Part shown: piece after piece, positions 1 to 13,287 of the stretch | How positions within the stretch are numbered: the stretch's first letter is position 1 | Layout of the letters: the number at the start of each line of letters is the position of its first letter | Notes under the pieces: generated by a model | What the model was told of the DNA's origin: nothing | What the model saw: the letters and a program-made list of their open reading frames with translations, nothing else | Database searches by the model: none | Position numbers and translations under genes: made by a program | Assembly (NCBI GenBank): GCA_040954595.2 | Contig: CM082577.2 | Coordinates: 10,379,846 to 10,443,845, forward strand | Reading direction: 5' to 3' | DNA: 64,000 nt | Origin: Balanoglossus misakiensis | Lineage: Eukaryota; Animalia; Hemichordata

Positions 1-1249
1 GCCATCTGTCGAAAATAATTAATTGGTTGCGCTTTATGTGTTAAGGGGGGAATATTACGCACATATGAAGTAGTGTGATCACTTACAAGATTGAATAACC
101 CCCTTTGTGTGTAATGTTTGTTGGAACTGACAAATGAGACATGTTCTCACAGAATACCCATACTCGTATATGTACCACAGGAATGCATAGAACTATCATT
201 TTTCTGAAAATCTGTCTCCAAGGCGCATAGTGCCTTAAAATGTTTCCAGTGTAATTGTTAAGTAGATTCACACGAAGAGTCAGAAATTCTACTTCTGACC
301 GATGATATTGAACTATTTGCCATTCTTTGTTGATGGCTCTGAACATAAAACGGCAATCGTGACAAACTGAGTGAATATGTCGGACATTATTACCGGGGTA
401 TTCCATCTCAACTATGGTTTACGAGTGGTTGCATGAATTTCAAGATCTTGCTTGAGATTTTGAAAAAAAACTGTTTTAGGAAAAGATAAGAAAGTGCCAT
501 TAACTTTTCCAGTCTACATGCATGTTTAATGCCAGTTCAATGATGTGCATTTAAAAGCCCATTCATGCATTATGCTTGCACGCATGCTATTACAAGCAAA
601 CTTTCCCATTTTTTGACAGGGTCCATGTGTTGATCGTGATACATGCATTGCATAAAGAATCGTTCTTTTAAAAAAATTAAAAAAAAACAATGCTATTATT
701 GCATGCACTTTTGAATTTGACGAGAGGATAATCTGAAATATTTGAAATTCAAAATGGCAACCTAAATTCTGTGTTGAATATGAAGTGGAGCAATCTTTGA
801 TTTGTTGCATTGATTTCCTTGAAAAGGTAATAACGATATTACTGTGCATTTTTCAAAATTGGTTCCACGCGGGTTGGTTTTTGAATACGCACAGTAGAGA
901 AAAAAAACGGATTGCAAAGATATTTCTGAGCTCAGTCTCCCTCTGTGATGTATTCTGCCTGAAGGGAGTGTTAAACTGTATGTTTTATACTTCCAATAGA
1001 TAATATTGACTACTGCAATAATTTCACCATTTCATATCTCGCGTTGTACATTAACAAGCTATCGATACACGGTTATCAGCGCCGATACGGGAGAGTCGAT
1101 GTGTTCTACGGCTGTCCATTCAGATTTTATCAAACCATAGAAAGTGCAGAGAGCTGGTATCGGCTGGCTTTAATGATGTCAGCATTATGCAGAAAAAACA
1201 GGAACGAAATGGACTGTAGATGATAGAGATACCATGTTATACATTTGTA

Positions 1250-1459
1250 TACTGTAAAACGGGTTATTTTCGCGAGCAATAAATTTTCACGATATACTCA
1301 GCCAAAAAATGTGAAAATAAAAATTCACGTAAAAAGTTTTTTTTGGAGATACAGTGCAGTGAATGAAATAAGAGTATGCTAAAATGAATCCTCGCGTAAC
1401 TGTTGCCTCTTTTTATATCGCGAAAATTTCATGTCGCAAAAATAACCCGTTTAACAGTA
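1250..1459 (+). mobile_element. MITE family A (TA-flanked, Tc1/mariner-type), full copy
   Basis: Terminal inverted repeats TA-CTGTAAAACGGGTTATTTTCGCGA ... TCGCAAAAATAACCCGTTTAACAG-TA. The internal sequence is shared with other copies in the window. Confidence 0.85.
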
Positions 1460-3537
1460 TTCTTTCTTGTTCAGATGCATTGCGTTTTCCCCTTTGAATT
1501 GTGTTGTTGAATTCCGTCCAATTCAACCAGCAGATTACTGGCTGTAAACTTGTAAAAAGATGTTTTGTAACATTGTATGTACAGAGGCAGTTATGAACAA
1601 ACCAGTACTGTATGGATGATCGAACATCAAAGAATTCACATCTCTCAGGCCCTGGGGGGACCACCGTCTATTTTGGGATAACTCGCACAGGATACGACCA
1701 TGGCAGTTAAAAATATTGCCCCCTGGCAAAACCAAGACCTTTTCCAGTATCAATAGAAAATTTCAAGGGCATTTTTTATATAAATCGACAGGAGGCCTTG
1801 GTTTTGTAATCCATGGTTTTTGCTATCCCACAATCCTCTCTGACAGTCTCATTCTTTTAAACCCTTTCTACACATTCCCTGGTTTTTGCGAATATTAATT
1901 TATTTTCAATGTGGCTATTTTTTTCATTGACTTGAGTGGTCATATTGTGTCTCAGGGAGAATTCCCACCAGCTCAGGTGGTCAGACCACTTTTCAGAAAC
2001 CGAGAATTCTCGCATCAGTCGGATGACATATCACGCTATATGCCACTGCTCAATAACTCCACAGTAACCGTTTTATCACTGAATGGTTATTCCGAGATTC
2101 GCAACTCATTTTCCCATCACCCCCGTGGGTGTTAATATTTGGCTGGCATCTCTAAAGATGCACAGTTGCAGACAGCATGCGCCTGCCCGTCACAATCACA
2201 GATTGATATTTTTAAAGAGCAAAAGCTGTCAGGACAGAACTGGTTTTCTGTTTCTCAGTCTGAATGATCGGCTCGCGTGCGTGCATTCTCTGAACGACAC
2301 CCACAGGCTGCTATTCGACAGATTGAGCGTCGTTTTTTGGTGAATGTTCAGAAGTTGCATTGTCATAGACAATTTTTATAAAAATCAATTTGCAGCGTTC
2401 CTCGGTTCCTGAATTCTAATGTATTCTTAACAGTTACACATTTTCTTTATGACCCATTTTCTTAAGAAACACACTGACAATAATAAAATATGTGGGCTTG
2501 TTTTCTCAAAAGCATGATTTACAGTTCTGTCATTTTTCATGTACACGTATGCCGGTTGTGTGAAATAATTTTTTTCTTTGCAAAATTCTGCTTGAATGTG
2601 TTGCAAGGTGGGTGTTAGCTCCAACTTGGTATATGAATATATATACCAGTGGGAGCTTACAGGATCAGTAGATGTACATCATTCATTCATGTATTTATGC
2701 ATGAATGTATGCTTTGGTTTGCAGGGTCCAATGGAATGTTCCTTAACAGATACATGTATATAATTATGACAAATTTCAAAAGTTCTGATGGCTTATTAGT
2801 ACCAGTGGACAAGGTCTTGGGGGTGGGGGGGGCCTAATAGATTTGCTCTGTGCTTGTGTCTGCATCCCAAATACTTTCCCTTTCACCTTTTCATTGATAA
2901 CTTTTCTATGATTAACATACACCAATACAAACAAAACAAAAGGACAAGACACACAGACGAACGCATTTGGCTTTTCAGAAGAAAAAGCTATTTTATTTAC
3001 TATATGGCAATTGCAAAACACTGTAGTACATGTATTACAATTGATGGGCCACTCATTTGAATCCCTATGGTTCAAATTAGAGTCAGCAGTGTTTCATATG
3101 TAGACACTGGCTTAGGGGTCTTTAATAGTATGGTCGTTGGGGTAAATATAACTGTCTGGAGTTTCATATGCTGGTAGTTGATATTTGCAAAATAATCAGG
3201 TCGGGTGAATTTGCCCAAAGCTGGGAAGTAATTAAGCAGGAAAATGTGTTTCTCTAGTCTGGTAAAAAAAACTAACAGCGCTGTCATCTGAACTGTGAAC
3301 TTTTGCTCTATATAAGATTTCTTCACATGTATCGGATGCTGTTATCGCTTTCAGTTCAGGCACCTTCCTTGTGGCGTGTTTACAACTTAAAGGTCCGCCA
3401 TTTGTAACTTTTGACCCTTTTTTTGTTGTTTTTGTTTCGTGAATCAGCCATGGTTTCTTGTTCAGCTCCCTGAAGCAGAGTAATAATTGCGTAGTGTTGC
3501 TCTTCACAATAGTACATTACAGAAAAATGGCGAATGA

Positions 3538-3702
3538 TAATTTTTCGCGAACAAGTATGCGAGAGCCAAAACAATAAAAAATAAAGTCGCGTAAACATTA
3601 TTTCCGTGACAAGGATGCAGTGAAATACGAGAACGTGAAAATTAATCGTCGCGTAACAGTTGCCTCTTTTGATGTCGTGTAGCGAAAACCCGTTTTACAG
3701 TA
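3538..3702 (+). mobile_element. MITE family A, 5'-degraded copy
   Basis: It shares GATGCAGTGAAATACGAGAACG...CGCGTAACAGTTGCCTCTTTT with the family and ends CCCGTTTTACAG-TA. Confidence 0.75.
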
Positions 3703-4639
3703 TAGCCAATGTGTAATTCAATGAATGAATTCAAGTCTGGACTTCAGTGCATTCGTTGACAATAACAGGGGTTGCTGGGTACACACTTGACGAAATGCAA
3801 GAAACTGGGCTTGTTGGCGTACAATGTAGTGTAAGGAGGAGAACAAGAAAATGGAGTTTGATATGCACAAAATAAAAAATACTGAAGAATACATGTACCT
3901 AATAGTGGCCAAGTGCAGTACTGATCAAGTTACAAATTGACACAGCACAGATTGGCACAACACTGATAGCCTCTGACTATACTCTCATTTAATGCTCCAG
4001 TGAACCTTGAAGGTTTTTGATTCCCACTGATGATGTTCAGGTGTTTGTCACCTTGATCTCTTCATCTATTCAACGTCCCCCACCCACAGAAAAATAGAAT
4101 GATCCACCCACAGCCACAGACAGCAGTTGTCTATCGCCTTGACATCCTTCATATTTTCATTGTGAACAAAAAGGAACCATTCAGTGGAACATACAATTAC
4201 AATGTATCTTGATTTTCTGCATCAGAAGAGTTCAAGAACAAAATAATCTAGGGATTTGAAAAGGAAAGTATTGCATTTTTGTAAAGAAAAAGATTGAAAT
4301 GTAAGGTATTATAAATTTTAAATCACCCAGTCAGTACAATAGGCGATGGGCATAATCTGCTATCTGTTCCCTCACGTCTCCTCTCCTGCAGTGCTACTAA
4401 AGAAAATGTCATGTCACTCAAGAAATTACTCTAGTAGCCCACAAATGGTGCACACAGGATGTTGCTTCTGTCTTCGTATACGTAATGTCTTCTGATTTGA
4501 AAAGGTGTTTGGTATAAACAAGGTCACACACAGTTTGTGGTATTTAATACTAGGAATGGCTTGGTTCAGGTACATGTAGCCTCGTTCGTGCAGTAGAAAT
4601 GCAGTGAGGTCATCATGCTTGAAATTATAGATTCTACTC

Positions 4640-4682
4640 TCCCCCTCCCCCTCCCCCTCCCCCTCCCCCTCCCCCTCCCCCT
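4640..4682. repeat. (TCCCCC)7 hexanucleotide microsatellite
   Basis: Read directly from the sequence. Confidence 0.95.
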
Positions 4683-6374
4683 TCCCATGGCTTCTTTCCA
4701 GTATGGTGTCCCATTGTATATTAAGAAAAAATGATCGACTCAACAGAATATCACCAAAAGCGACTCGACTCTCGGTGCGTGAGAAATGCATATTCCTTGA
4801 TCACAGCACACCTGACTGGGCAAATGGAGCTTCTAAATCGCGTGATAATTATTTATTCTTTCCGCGTTAGTGAATGTGACCACATTATTGGGCACCTGGG
4901 AGTTTTAATGAACAAAACAGGTGCAGTCAGGGTGTGTGCTCACTCAGAAACTTGCTTGTGTGATTGACAATGCTGCCACGGCGATGAACGATCGCCCTGA
5001 GAATCTCTCCTTCAAAGTGCAGCTGACCCCACCAGCTGCTTTGGAACGTTCTGTGTGATTGGTCAGTAGACCTTGCCCCCCCCCCCTCCCCCTCTTTGAT
5101 GTCTTGACTTTGGGAATAGCCTGTTTGGCAACTGAGATATTTGAACTTTGAGCTCCCAGCCAACAACCAAACACACACTTTTTGCAAGGTTTTTCTGAGA
5201 TGTCCAGCGGTGCAAGAAAGATCTCTTATTTTAAACAAATCTGCTAACAAAGTTAATTAAAAAAACTCCGGCAGACCCCTAAATGGCATGTGAAAAAAAG
5301 AAAAAACTCAATTGATACAATCCTGGCTCTAAACCCACTTCGATGGAGGCTCTTTCTTAAATTGAATGGAACTTTCCTTGAGGTTGTCCAATTGTTTATA
5401 TGTTTTAAATGACTTTCTCTCTGATTTCATATACAGTGAAAATGTGAATTCGCTAGTTTTGAAAACAAAATGCAGTATCTATCACAGATTAGAAAAAGTA
5501 ACAGAAATGATGATCAGGGGGAACTAAAAAAATGGAAAAGTCATGTGATATTCTCTCTACTCCTTTCTATAATTCTGCTCCTGTTGGCGAAGATATCATC
5601 TGACATGCAGACTTTCATGTCTATTAGATGTTCTTAACATATGTACTTCCTGACTCATGGGCCCATGTCGTTATGCACAACAGAATTCAATTGGGTGCTT
5701 CCTGAATGAAACAATGCCCTAAAAAATTCACTTTGTTTTCGACTCAGCTTACGATGAGGGAACTGAGAACAGTTTCATCATGTGAGGTTTTAATTTGTCC
5801 CCCCCCCCCTCGGCAAGTGGGAGACGAATCAAAGGAAAACTGAGAAGTCGTGAGTTTCTGGACGGCCTACATGTAAGTACGTCGTACTTCCAGGTAAATC
5901 ATCCTTCAATCCTTGAAATAATTGAACGCGATTCCAGGAAAAGGATGCAACCGGTGCCCGGCAGCCATGCAAGAGTCACCTTTTCCAAAGTGCAAATGTA
6001 AGCCGATACAATGTACTTCTCTGTGCTGGGAGGCAAATGTAGAGATGTGACGACTCAACTGTAAAGAAGGGTATTCCATCTGTGTCCTGAGTCCCAGTCC
6101 TCTGATACAAGATGTAACACAGTCCTTCACCTTGTGCGCGCACTACTAGCGCCTGGAATTTGTCTCTTCTCATAGGATTACATTGAGAATTGCTAGAAAA
6201 CACACATTTCTACTATTGTCATTTTCATGACGTTTTACTGACTCCACATTTACGGCATTCTTCATTATTTGATTTATTGAGTAAAATTCACAGCTTGTGT
6301 TTCAAAAATGGAGAATCCTAAAATCCATAATTCAAAGAAGTGACAATACTTTCAATTATACCGATTGTACGTCC

Positions 6375-6467
6375 TTAACCCTATCACCCCCAGTTCCCTC
6401 TATAGAGGTCCAACTTTACCATAGAAAACAATGGGTATGGACTGAACCACGGTGGTGAAAGGGTTAA
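6375..6467 (+). mobile_element. piggyBac-like MITE (TTAA target duplication, CCCT...AGGG ends), 85 bp
   Basis: TTAA-CCCTATCACC ... GGTGAAAGGG-TTAA. Homologous copies lie at about 55804 and 56559. Confidence 0.85.
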
Positions 6468-8863
6468 AAGCATGCAGATGCCATTCCTTGATATGCTGAT
6501 GGTGAGTCCTTTCCTCAAAAGTTACTCAAGCCATTCCAAGATATTGTTGTTTCATTCCCTCGTAAATTCCATCGGCCTCTTTCGAAAGTGTCGCCACCTA
6601 CTTGACACCTTGAGCAAGTACAGGCACCTCCGAACTAATCAAGTTTACTGTAAAATCAGCACCTCTATTTCAGTTCAATGTAGAATTCTCCTGTGATCAA
6701 CTCGTCGATATCATATGAAAAGATAATCATTACAGTTTTGACCACTAATTAACCAATTCAAATGATAACTTATGTAAGTAATGTAAACTTTAGAACAGAG
6801 AATGGCAATTGAAATTGAGTTTTTTGACCATGTGACGAAAGAAAAGTTCATTGCTTTTAGCAAGGGAAAAAACAATTATGCTCTGTAACTGATTGATACA
6901 GCAGGCTTAGAAAAGACCATTGTTCATCAAGTAAATTGCGAAATCCATGAACCGCAAACGAAAGTTTAATCAACTAAATAAAGCAGTTTATACAACCCTT
7001 ATCATCAGCCTAAATTGTTGAAAATTGTGCACTGATATACTATTAAGGAGAAAAGTTACCAGAAACAAATTAAAATTGTACTTTTGTAGTACCTTTGGAT
7101 CATCGGGGGATTTTAAAGACAATTTTTCTTTCCTGCGAGGGGTATGGGTGAGTGCGGTAATTTTTCACAAACAGTGGATCTGTCCGTTTGATAGGAGTTG
7201 ACTCAGACTAGCCAGTATAGCAAGGAAGTGAGAAATTCTCACTAGACCCACTTGCTGTCTCTAGGTTTTCGCAAGTTGGTGTGGCATATCGTTTGTGGGT
7301 GTTGTTCAAGAACTTTTGTTTTATCAGTGTTTTTATGAACTCCATTGTTTGGAGAGGAGATTCTCAGAAAATGAATACAACAGAACATTGGTATTATAAG
7401 TTGCACCCCCTTTTCGGCACACACTGTCACTCAAAAAAGGTGCGTCTTATAAAATGACTTTAACGGTACATCTACATCTATATATTCATGAAATTATTCA
7501 GTCAAATACACTCAATTAGATATTTCTAGTCAAATATACCCGGACCGTGTGTGTTGATCCAATTCTACCATTCAAAACAATGGTATGGACCATACTATAG
7601 CGAGGATGGGGGGAGTGGAGACTGGTTTTAATCACATGAAAATGACTGTCTGCGTCAAGTTTTGTTTGACTGCAGGGGAAACATGTGACAGAAATAGATA
7701 ATATTGTGCGATTAGGATCAAGTAACCATGGTAACTGCTGATTAACAGGTTGGGAACTTCAACCCTTGTGAGCTCCGTGATTGTAACAAGATGAACCGAT
7801 GGAATGCTGCAGTCAAGTGGGTGCCTGTGTGAGTCACAGCCGCCTGCCACCACCTGTTTGCACGCTTCTGTGACATCATCCAGGCCAGACTGATAAAACA
7901 ACCCAGCAACATTAAAAATTGTGTCAATAAAACACAAACCAGACTGTCTCATCATTCATGTGGGCCGCTTTTTGTTCATGCAATCAGTTATCTTAATCTG
8001 TTGGGTAATGTCTACCAAAGGGATTTGGACAGGACTGTCACCGAAATGTTTTCATTTCTGGGAGATGAGTATTTTCGCGGAATAGGATTGAATGTCCAGT
8101 CAATCGGAGAAAATAACACTGCAGTGGGATTTTTCACAGGTCTGATAAAGGGACAGACTGAAGTATTGAGGTTGGCACAATTGGCACTTTTTAAAAGAAA
8201 ACATTACTCACACAGCTGGTGTTGGAAAATATATAAAAAACTGCACAGTCACATGTTGGTGTATACATGTAGTTTCCTCTTGTACTTTGTACTTCTGAAT
8301 ATTAAACCTCCAAAACTAAAAAGAGAGCATGTTTCTTTGTACGGCATGAATTTTTTTCAGAGGTGCAGGAAATGAGTTTATTAGGCCACCACTTGTGACC
8401 TACGGGGAAAGACTTTCTCTGCATAAAATCAGATAATTTTTTTTAATCAGTTTTTTTATTCAATCTGAACAGGCTTGTAATGTGATAAGTGATACAGTGT
8501 TTCATATCAAAGCCCAGGATGTGAATCATTAAATCTGCGTGGGGTTAATAACATGTTGGTCAACGATACCATGGGGCAGAAACTTTCTCGGTTCTGTCTA
8601 TTTTCCGCGCTTTGCCAGTTTTGTGAAGAAAAAGTGTCACATTGCTTCTTCAGCCATAATGCTCAAACAACCGACAAGTTTTCCCTCTTTCAGTTTCACT
8701 TCGAAAAAAAAATATTAAAGGAAACTAATAGCTTAATAAGAGATGATCCATGTAGTCCTTCAATGAAGCTCCACCCATGATTAGGCACCAGACAGACCTG
8801 ACATTGTTGCCTAGAACCCTTTGATAAGCACCTTCGCAAAAATATAGACCATCGCATATAACT

Positions 8864-8998
8864 ATTTTCACTGGCTTAGGGGTCAAATCATACATGTATC
8901 AGATAATTGAAACTAACTTGGGGGGTCATATGTCTGCAATAATTTCAACTGGCTTGGGGACTCAAATCATGTCTTAGATGATTTCAACTGACTTAGGT
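8864..8998. repeat. Degenerate tandem repeat of about 40 bp, 3-4 units
   Basis: Recurrent TTTCAACTGGCTTRGGGG...TCAAATCAT...AGATAAT-like units. Confidence 0.65.
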
Positions 8999-11069
8999 GG
9001 TAAAACTGAATTGGAGGTACTACACGTATAGCATGTAACAATGTTTTTATTAGCTATAAAATGTTGCATACTGTATCTATGGAAACCAGTCTATGCTTCA
9101 CGCTGGTTTTTAGTCGTATATCATTCCTTCTCCTACCCCAACATGCCTGTAGTATTAGCAAGACGTATTTCAGGGCTGTATAAATAACCGCAAATCTCAT
9201 TACTTCTTTTATTGCTGCTTGTGATCTTGTAAACCCTTTCCTGTGACTGACGTGAACCGCTGCAGTCCTAAATATGGGACATTGATAAAAAGAGCGCAGT
9301 GTCTTGCGCATGTCATAATTTTTTGAGAATCCGATTAAAAATAGCTTTTATGTGGATTAGAATAACTTGCAGATGGTGTTCTTACAGGTGGCTGCTGATT
9401 TGTAGCGCTTTGTAGCATCCCCCCCCCCCCCAAGTATATTGTGATGAAATCTCCTTTCTCATATAAAAGTGTTCATTCGATCACTTTGTCCAGACACTCA
9501 TTCAGTTTTAAGAACTGGCATCAAGAATTCATGTTTTACCTGTGCTATTTGGAAATAGTGCGGATAAAAGTTAAACCCTTCATCATATATGCTCCAGCAG
9601 ATTTGAACATCATTTCTTTAATGTACAGCTTTTAATAGTCAAACAAGCAACTTTACGGTGCAGATTTATATACATGTACAACAAGCAAATGCAACCTTGT
9701 TGTGATTCGACTGTTGATTTTGAAAATCTCTACCTTATGAGTGCAAACTGCCATCTGACACAGCATCATCATCGTCAAAATTTGCGATGTTTCTCACAAA
9801 TGGACAGAACACGTGTTTACACAAATCACCACCGGCAATCCAGAACAGTGCCGACAGTATAGGAGAGATTTACAACAGGAATCAAAACATTGGATCAGTA
9901 TTCCCACTACTGACAATGCATACTTTTTTTGCCTTGTTTCACCTTGAAAGGCAAATTACCTGCCACTAATCAGACAAGTCCTCCAACAGAGGACTTCCAC
10001 AAGAGCCAGATTTCCCAAAAGAATTAGGAAGATGTAGGAAGATAAAAGCCCAGGTCTTGTCTTGGTCTCCCGGAGGGTTTAAACTCTGCATGTCGTCTTC
10101 AATTTTAACCGGATCTTCAGTGTTCAGTAGATGGTATTGGCCGGGTAGCAGCAAGTGGTAATACTCTTAAGATGCTGCAGGTTGCCACGCCCATCCTAGC
10201 TCTTCTTGGGGATTACAAGGTATTCAGGAGGGTTTAACTGCCAGTGCCAGCCCTATTAGTAACTTGTTCTAATCACGGTAATAGGTCTCATTGTCGGAAA
10301 TGAGTTTTGTTGGTAGACTCCTTTAGGGTTCAAATCAAACCTCTCGGAGACTCAAAATTGTCTCTCTCATCTCTCATACAAATTCAATATTAACTCCCTC
10401 CCCCTTCCACCCCTCCACTCCCCCCCTCTCTCTCTCTCATCACTAGTCTCTTGCGCTCTCATCACTAGAGAAATTAATTTGCTTGAATGAGTACAACCGC
10501 TCTGTAGTATCGATGATATATGAGGACAAACACTAGGCATTTGATACCCAAACTAACCCTGGAGCACAGGTTTGGCCTTAAGATTAAGGTTGTTTGCAAA
10601 TATAAAAAAATCACTTTCCTTGTCAGAGGTGAAAATCAGGGTCAGTTGGATCATGAGAAACAGAGAAAAATCTTTGATACAGTGAGATTACTCATGCACA
10701 GACAAGTTATCAGAGAAGGGTGATCAGTGTACACGTGTTTGGTGTTCTTGAACTGTGCTGAATGGAGATCTGCCAGGCGTTGATGTAGAGAGCATCGATA
10801 ACCAATTAAGTTCAGTAAATAGAACAGCGTACTTCTAAATAAACCTAACAACTTCACCAGGTTCGTTATTGAAACACACAATTAAAAAAAAACGCTGAAA
10901 ACTATTAAAAAGGTATTTTCTACGACCTTGGCCCTCTCAAGTGAAAGTACGTGTTATGTACGGAGACAGTGTCTGTGTTCCAATGAGAAGATGGGCCATG
11001 TCACGCACTACACTCACCATTCATAACATGGACCTAATAATCACATGCACATGGGTACCCAACACAAAT

Positions 11070-11177
11070 GCATACATACGTTAATATGCACGTACATACA
11101 CATATCTATATATACGTACTTATGCATACATGCATACATATATTTACATACATACGTGTACATACATACATACATAC
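11070..11177. repeat. Degenerate (TACA)n-type simple repeat
   Basis: Read directly from the sequence. Confidence 0.8.
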
Positions 11178-12751
11178 TTGATTTTATCGATTCCCCGTTT
11201 TTTTTTCGAGTCAGGCCATAATCACCAGAAGTTGTCAATCTTAAAGAACCGAACAAACTAGTAAGTCAAAAGCTGAGGTTTGCCAAGTTGCTGATAAAAC
11301 AAATAACAGTCAGATAACACTCTGGAAAATTGTTATCAACATGTTCCAGCATGGAGTCAGATTTTTTTTCTAAGCCCACGTACATATACTTCACTGCAGG
11401 GCATAAAAGGCCAGTTTGAGCGAAAAGTCTTATCGTCAGTTCTCAGTGTACACAGATGGCAAGGATTGACTTTATACTCATGATGCACATCGCCCCTGTG
11501 CCTTGCGTCGTTCACTAACAGTTTGGAGTAGAACACACTCCGCAGTTTTCAAACACGCTGATTAAGTTTCTCAATGGCCTTCAGAGTGCTGGAGATCCCA
11601 AAAATAGCCAGTTATATTATGTATAAACACATGGCGATGCAGGATGTTTTCAATTGAAGTACCGGTACACGTGTCTTTGTAATGTTGTGCTAGCAAGTGC
11701 CCTCTCTGTACAGTCGATTCCCATACAATTTAGTGTTGACAATCCCCTCATTGAGAAAACCACATTATTTTGCTTGCCTCGTAATTGGCAGTTCCTGAAA
11801 AACCGTCCGAGAAGATTGCCTCTGATCAAAGAAACAACGATGTGAATCAATATTTGATTCTTATTTTGGCCCTTTTTGCCATAATGAAAGCACTGCTTGG
11901 GTGAAAATGCTGACTGGGCAATTTTCCAAAACTTCTGTTATTAAAATTCACCGTTCCTCGTGTTTTTAATATGGCAGAAATAAAATGGGGTGACTTCCCA
12001 ATCCCCACATTGCATAGTGTGATTTTAATAATACTTGTTATATTATAAGAATATTTTTTTTAAATCATTTATTGAAAATTGGGTGTAATCCCGAGTCCTC
12101 ATTTTCTGCGTCTTTTATTTTGGTTGATTATACGACCTTCAACCTGGCAGTAACAGTGCGGTGGCTATATTCCCAAGGGAGTATGACATTTCTCTCGGGA
12201 AGTCATTGTACTTTGTAGTCTCAATTCTAAATTGCATCTCGTCTCAAAGTGAGACTATCAGTGGCGAGGATAACTTACAAGACTGCAGCCCCCGGCGACC
12301 GTCTCTCGAACTGTTCTTGAGGGGCTTTGTTACAGCAAATTTGTTGACGTTATTGTCTGTCAGGATTCCAAGAAATTTGGGTCGTATCCGATCCAAATGT
12401 CAGATTCGACAACGTCGTCTGCAAAATTTATGACAGGCGTAGAATTCTGATCGTGCCTACCAGGCAAATTTTGTTTCTCTTGCACATCCTGACTTTCTTC
12501 TGAATACGACACTGACAATGAGTGAAAACGGAAACATTTTGTACAAAGAAATTCCCTGTGGAATGTTCAATAATGCAGGTAAACTGTACAGAATGCTGGC
12601 TTCCAGTTGAATAGTGGGGTGAAAATACACATGATACATTCAGTCCCAAGCCGCTCATAATGAGATGCACGGTTTTATCGAAAGCTGAGTTCCTCAGTTG
12701 ATAATGAACGAAGAGTTCGCACATCTACCGGTTCATGTACATCAAAAGGTA

Positions 12752-12963
12752 TACTGTAAAACGGGAAATTTTCGCAACAGGAAAATTTCGCAATAACAAA
12801 AGAAGCAACTGTTACGGGACAATTAATTTTCGCATTCTCGTATTTCTCTGCATCGGTATCTCCGAAAATCATTTGTACGCAACTTTTCAAATTTGCGGAT
12901 TTTTTGGGCTCTCATGAAGTTCGCGAAAATTTGTTGTTCGCGAAAATTTCCAGTTTTACAGTA
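12752..12963 (-). mobile_element. MITE family A, full copy in opposite orientation, 66 bp before the SPATA20 acceptor
   Basis: TA-CTGTAAAACGGGAAATTTTCGC ... GCGAAAATTTCCAGTTTTACAG-TA. The interior is the reverse complement of the 1250 and 3538 copies. Confidence 0.88.
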
Positions 12964-13029
12964 TTCTTTGAAAGCATTTTATTTCGTGGGCCTGTATTAC
13001 ATCTCTGTTTCGTTTCCTATCTAATGCAG

Positions 13030-13287
13030 ATAATCATCCGTGGTGACCGTGACGCCGACGACACCCGGCAACTGATACAGTGCGCGCATTCCGTCTTCAT
13101 TCCGAACAAGATTGTGATACTGGCCGACGGCAACCGGGACAGTTGTCTCTACAAGAGCCTCGACCTGCTTCCCAGCCTGGAAAAAGTGGACGGGAAGGCC
13201 ACGGCCTACGTGTGCGAGAATTACGCCTGCCAGTTGCCCGTCACGAGCGTCGAAGAATTGAAAGGACTGCTGACGACTAACGAGTAG
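13030..13287 (+). CDS. SPATA20: Terminal coding exon of spermatogenesis-associated protein 20 (SPATA20/SSP411; YyaL-like family)
   Basis: The translation IIIRGDRDADDTRQLIQCAHSVFIPNKIVILADG...KATAYVCENYACQLPVTSVEELKGLL matches the SPATA20 C-terminus as I recall it (IVICGD...VQCVHSVYIPNKVLILADG...ATAYVCENQACSVP). A pyrimidine-rich tract and CAG acceptor end at 13029 (phase 0), and the TAG stop is at 13285-13287. The exon is GC-rich at third codon positions compared with its flanks. Confidence 0.93.
   Translation: MIIRGDRDADDTRQLIQCAHSVFIPNKIVILADGNRDSCLYKSLDLLPSLEKVDGKATAYVCENYACQLPVTSVEELKGLLTTNE

Noticed and set aside
2739-2753. TTCCTTAAC, a U12 branch-point match
   Set aside because: It lies upstream of Cav3, the following AG and AC are too close, and no exon-like sequence follows.
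12675-12890. Similar peptides in ORFs 12675-12890 and 36003-36314 (GDTDA.KYENAKIN), suggesting a gene family
   Set aside because: Both are translations of MITE family A copies.
12904-13029. N-terminal 42 codons of the 127-aa ORF
   Set aside because: They are MITE and intron sequence upstream of the splice acceptor. Similarity to SPATA20 starts at 13030.
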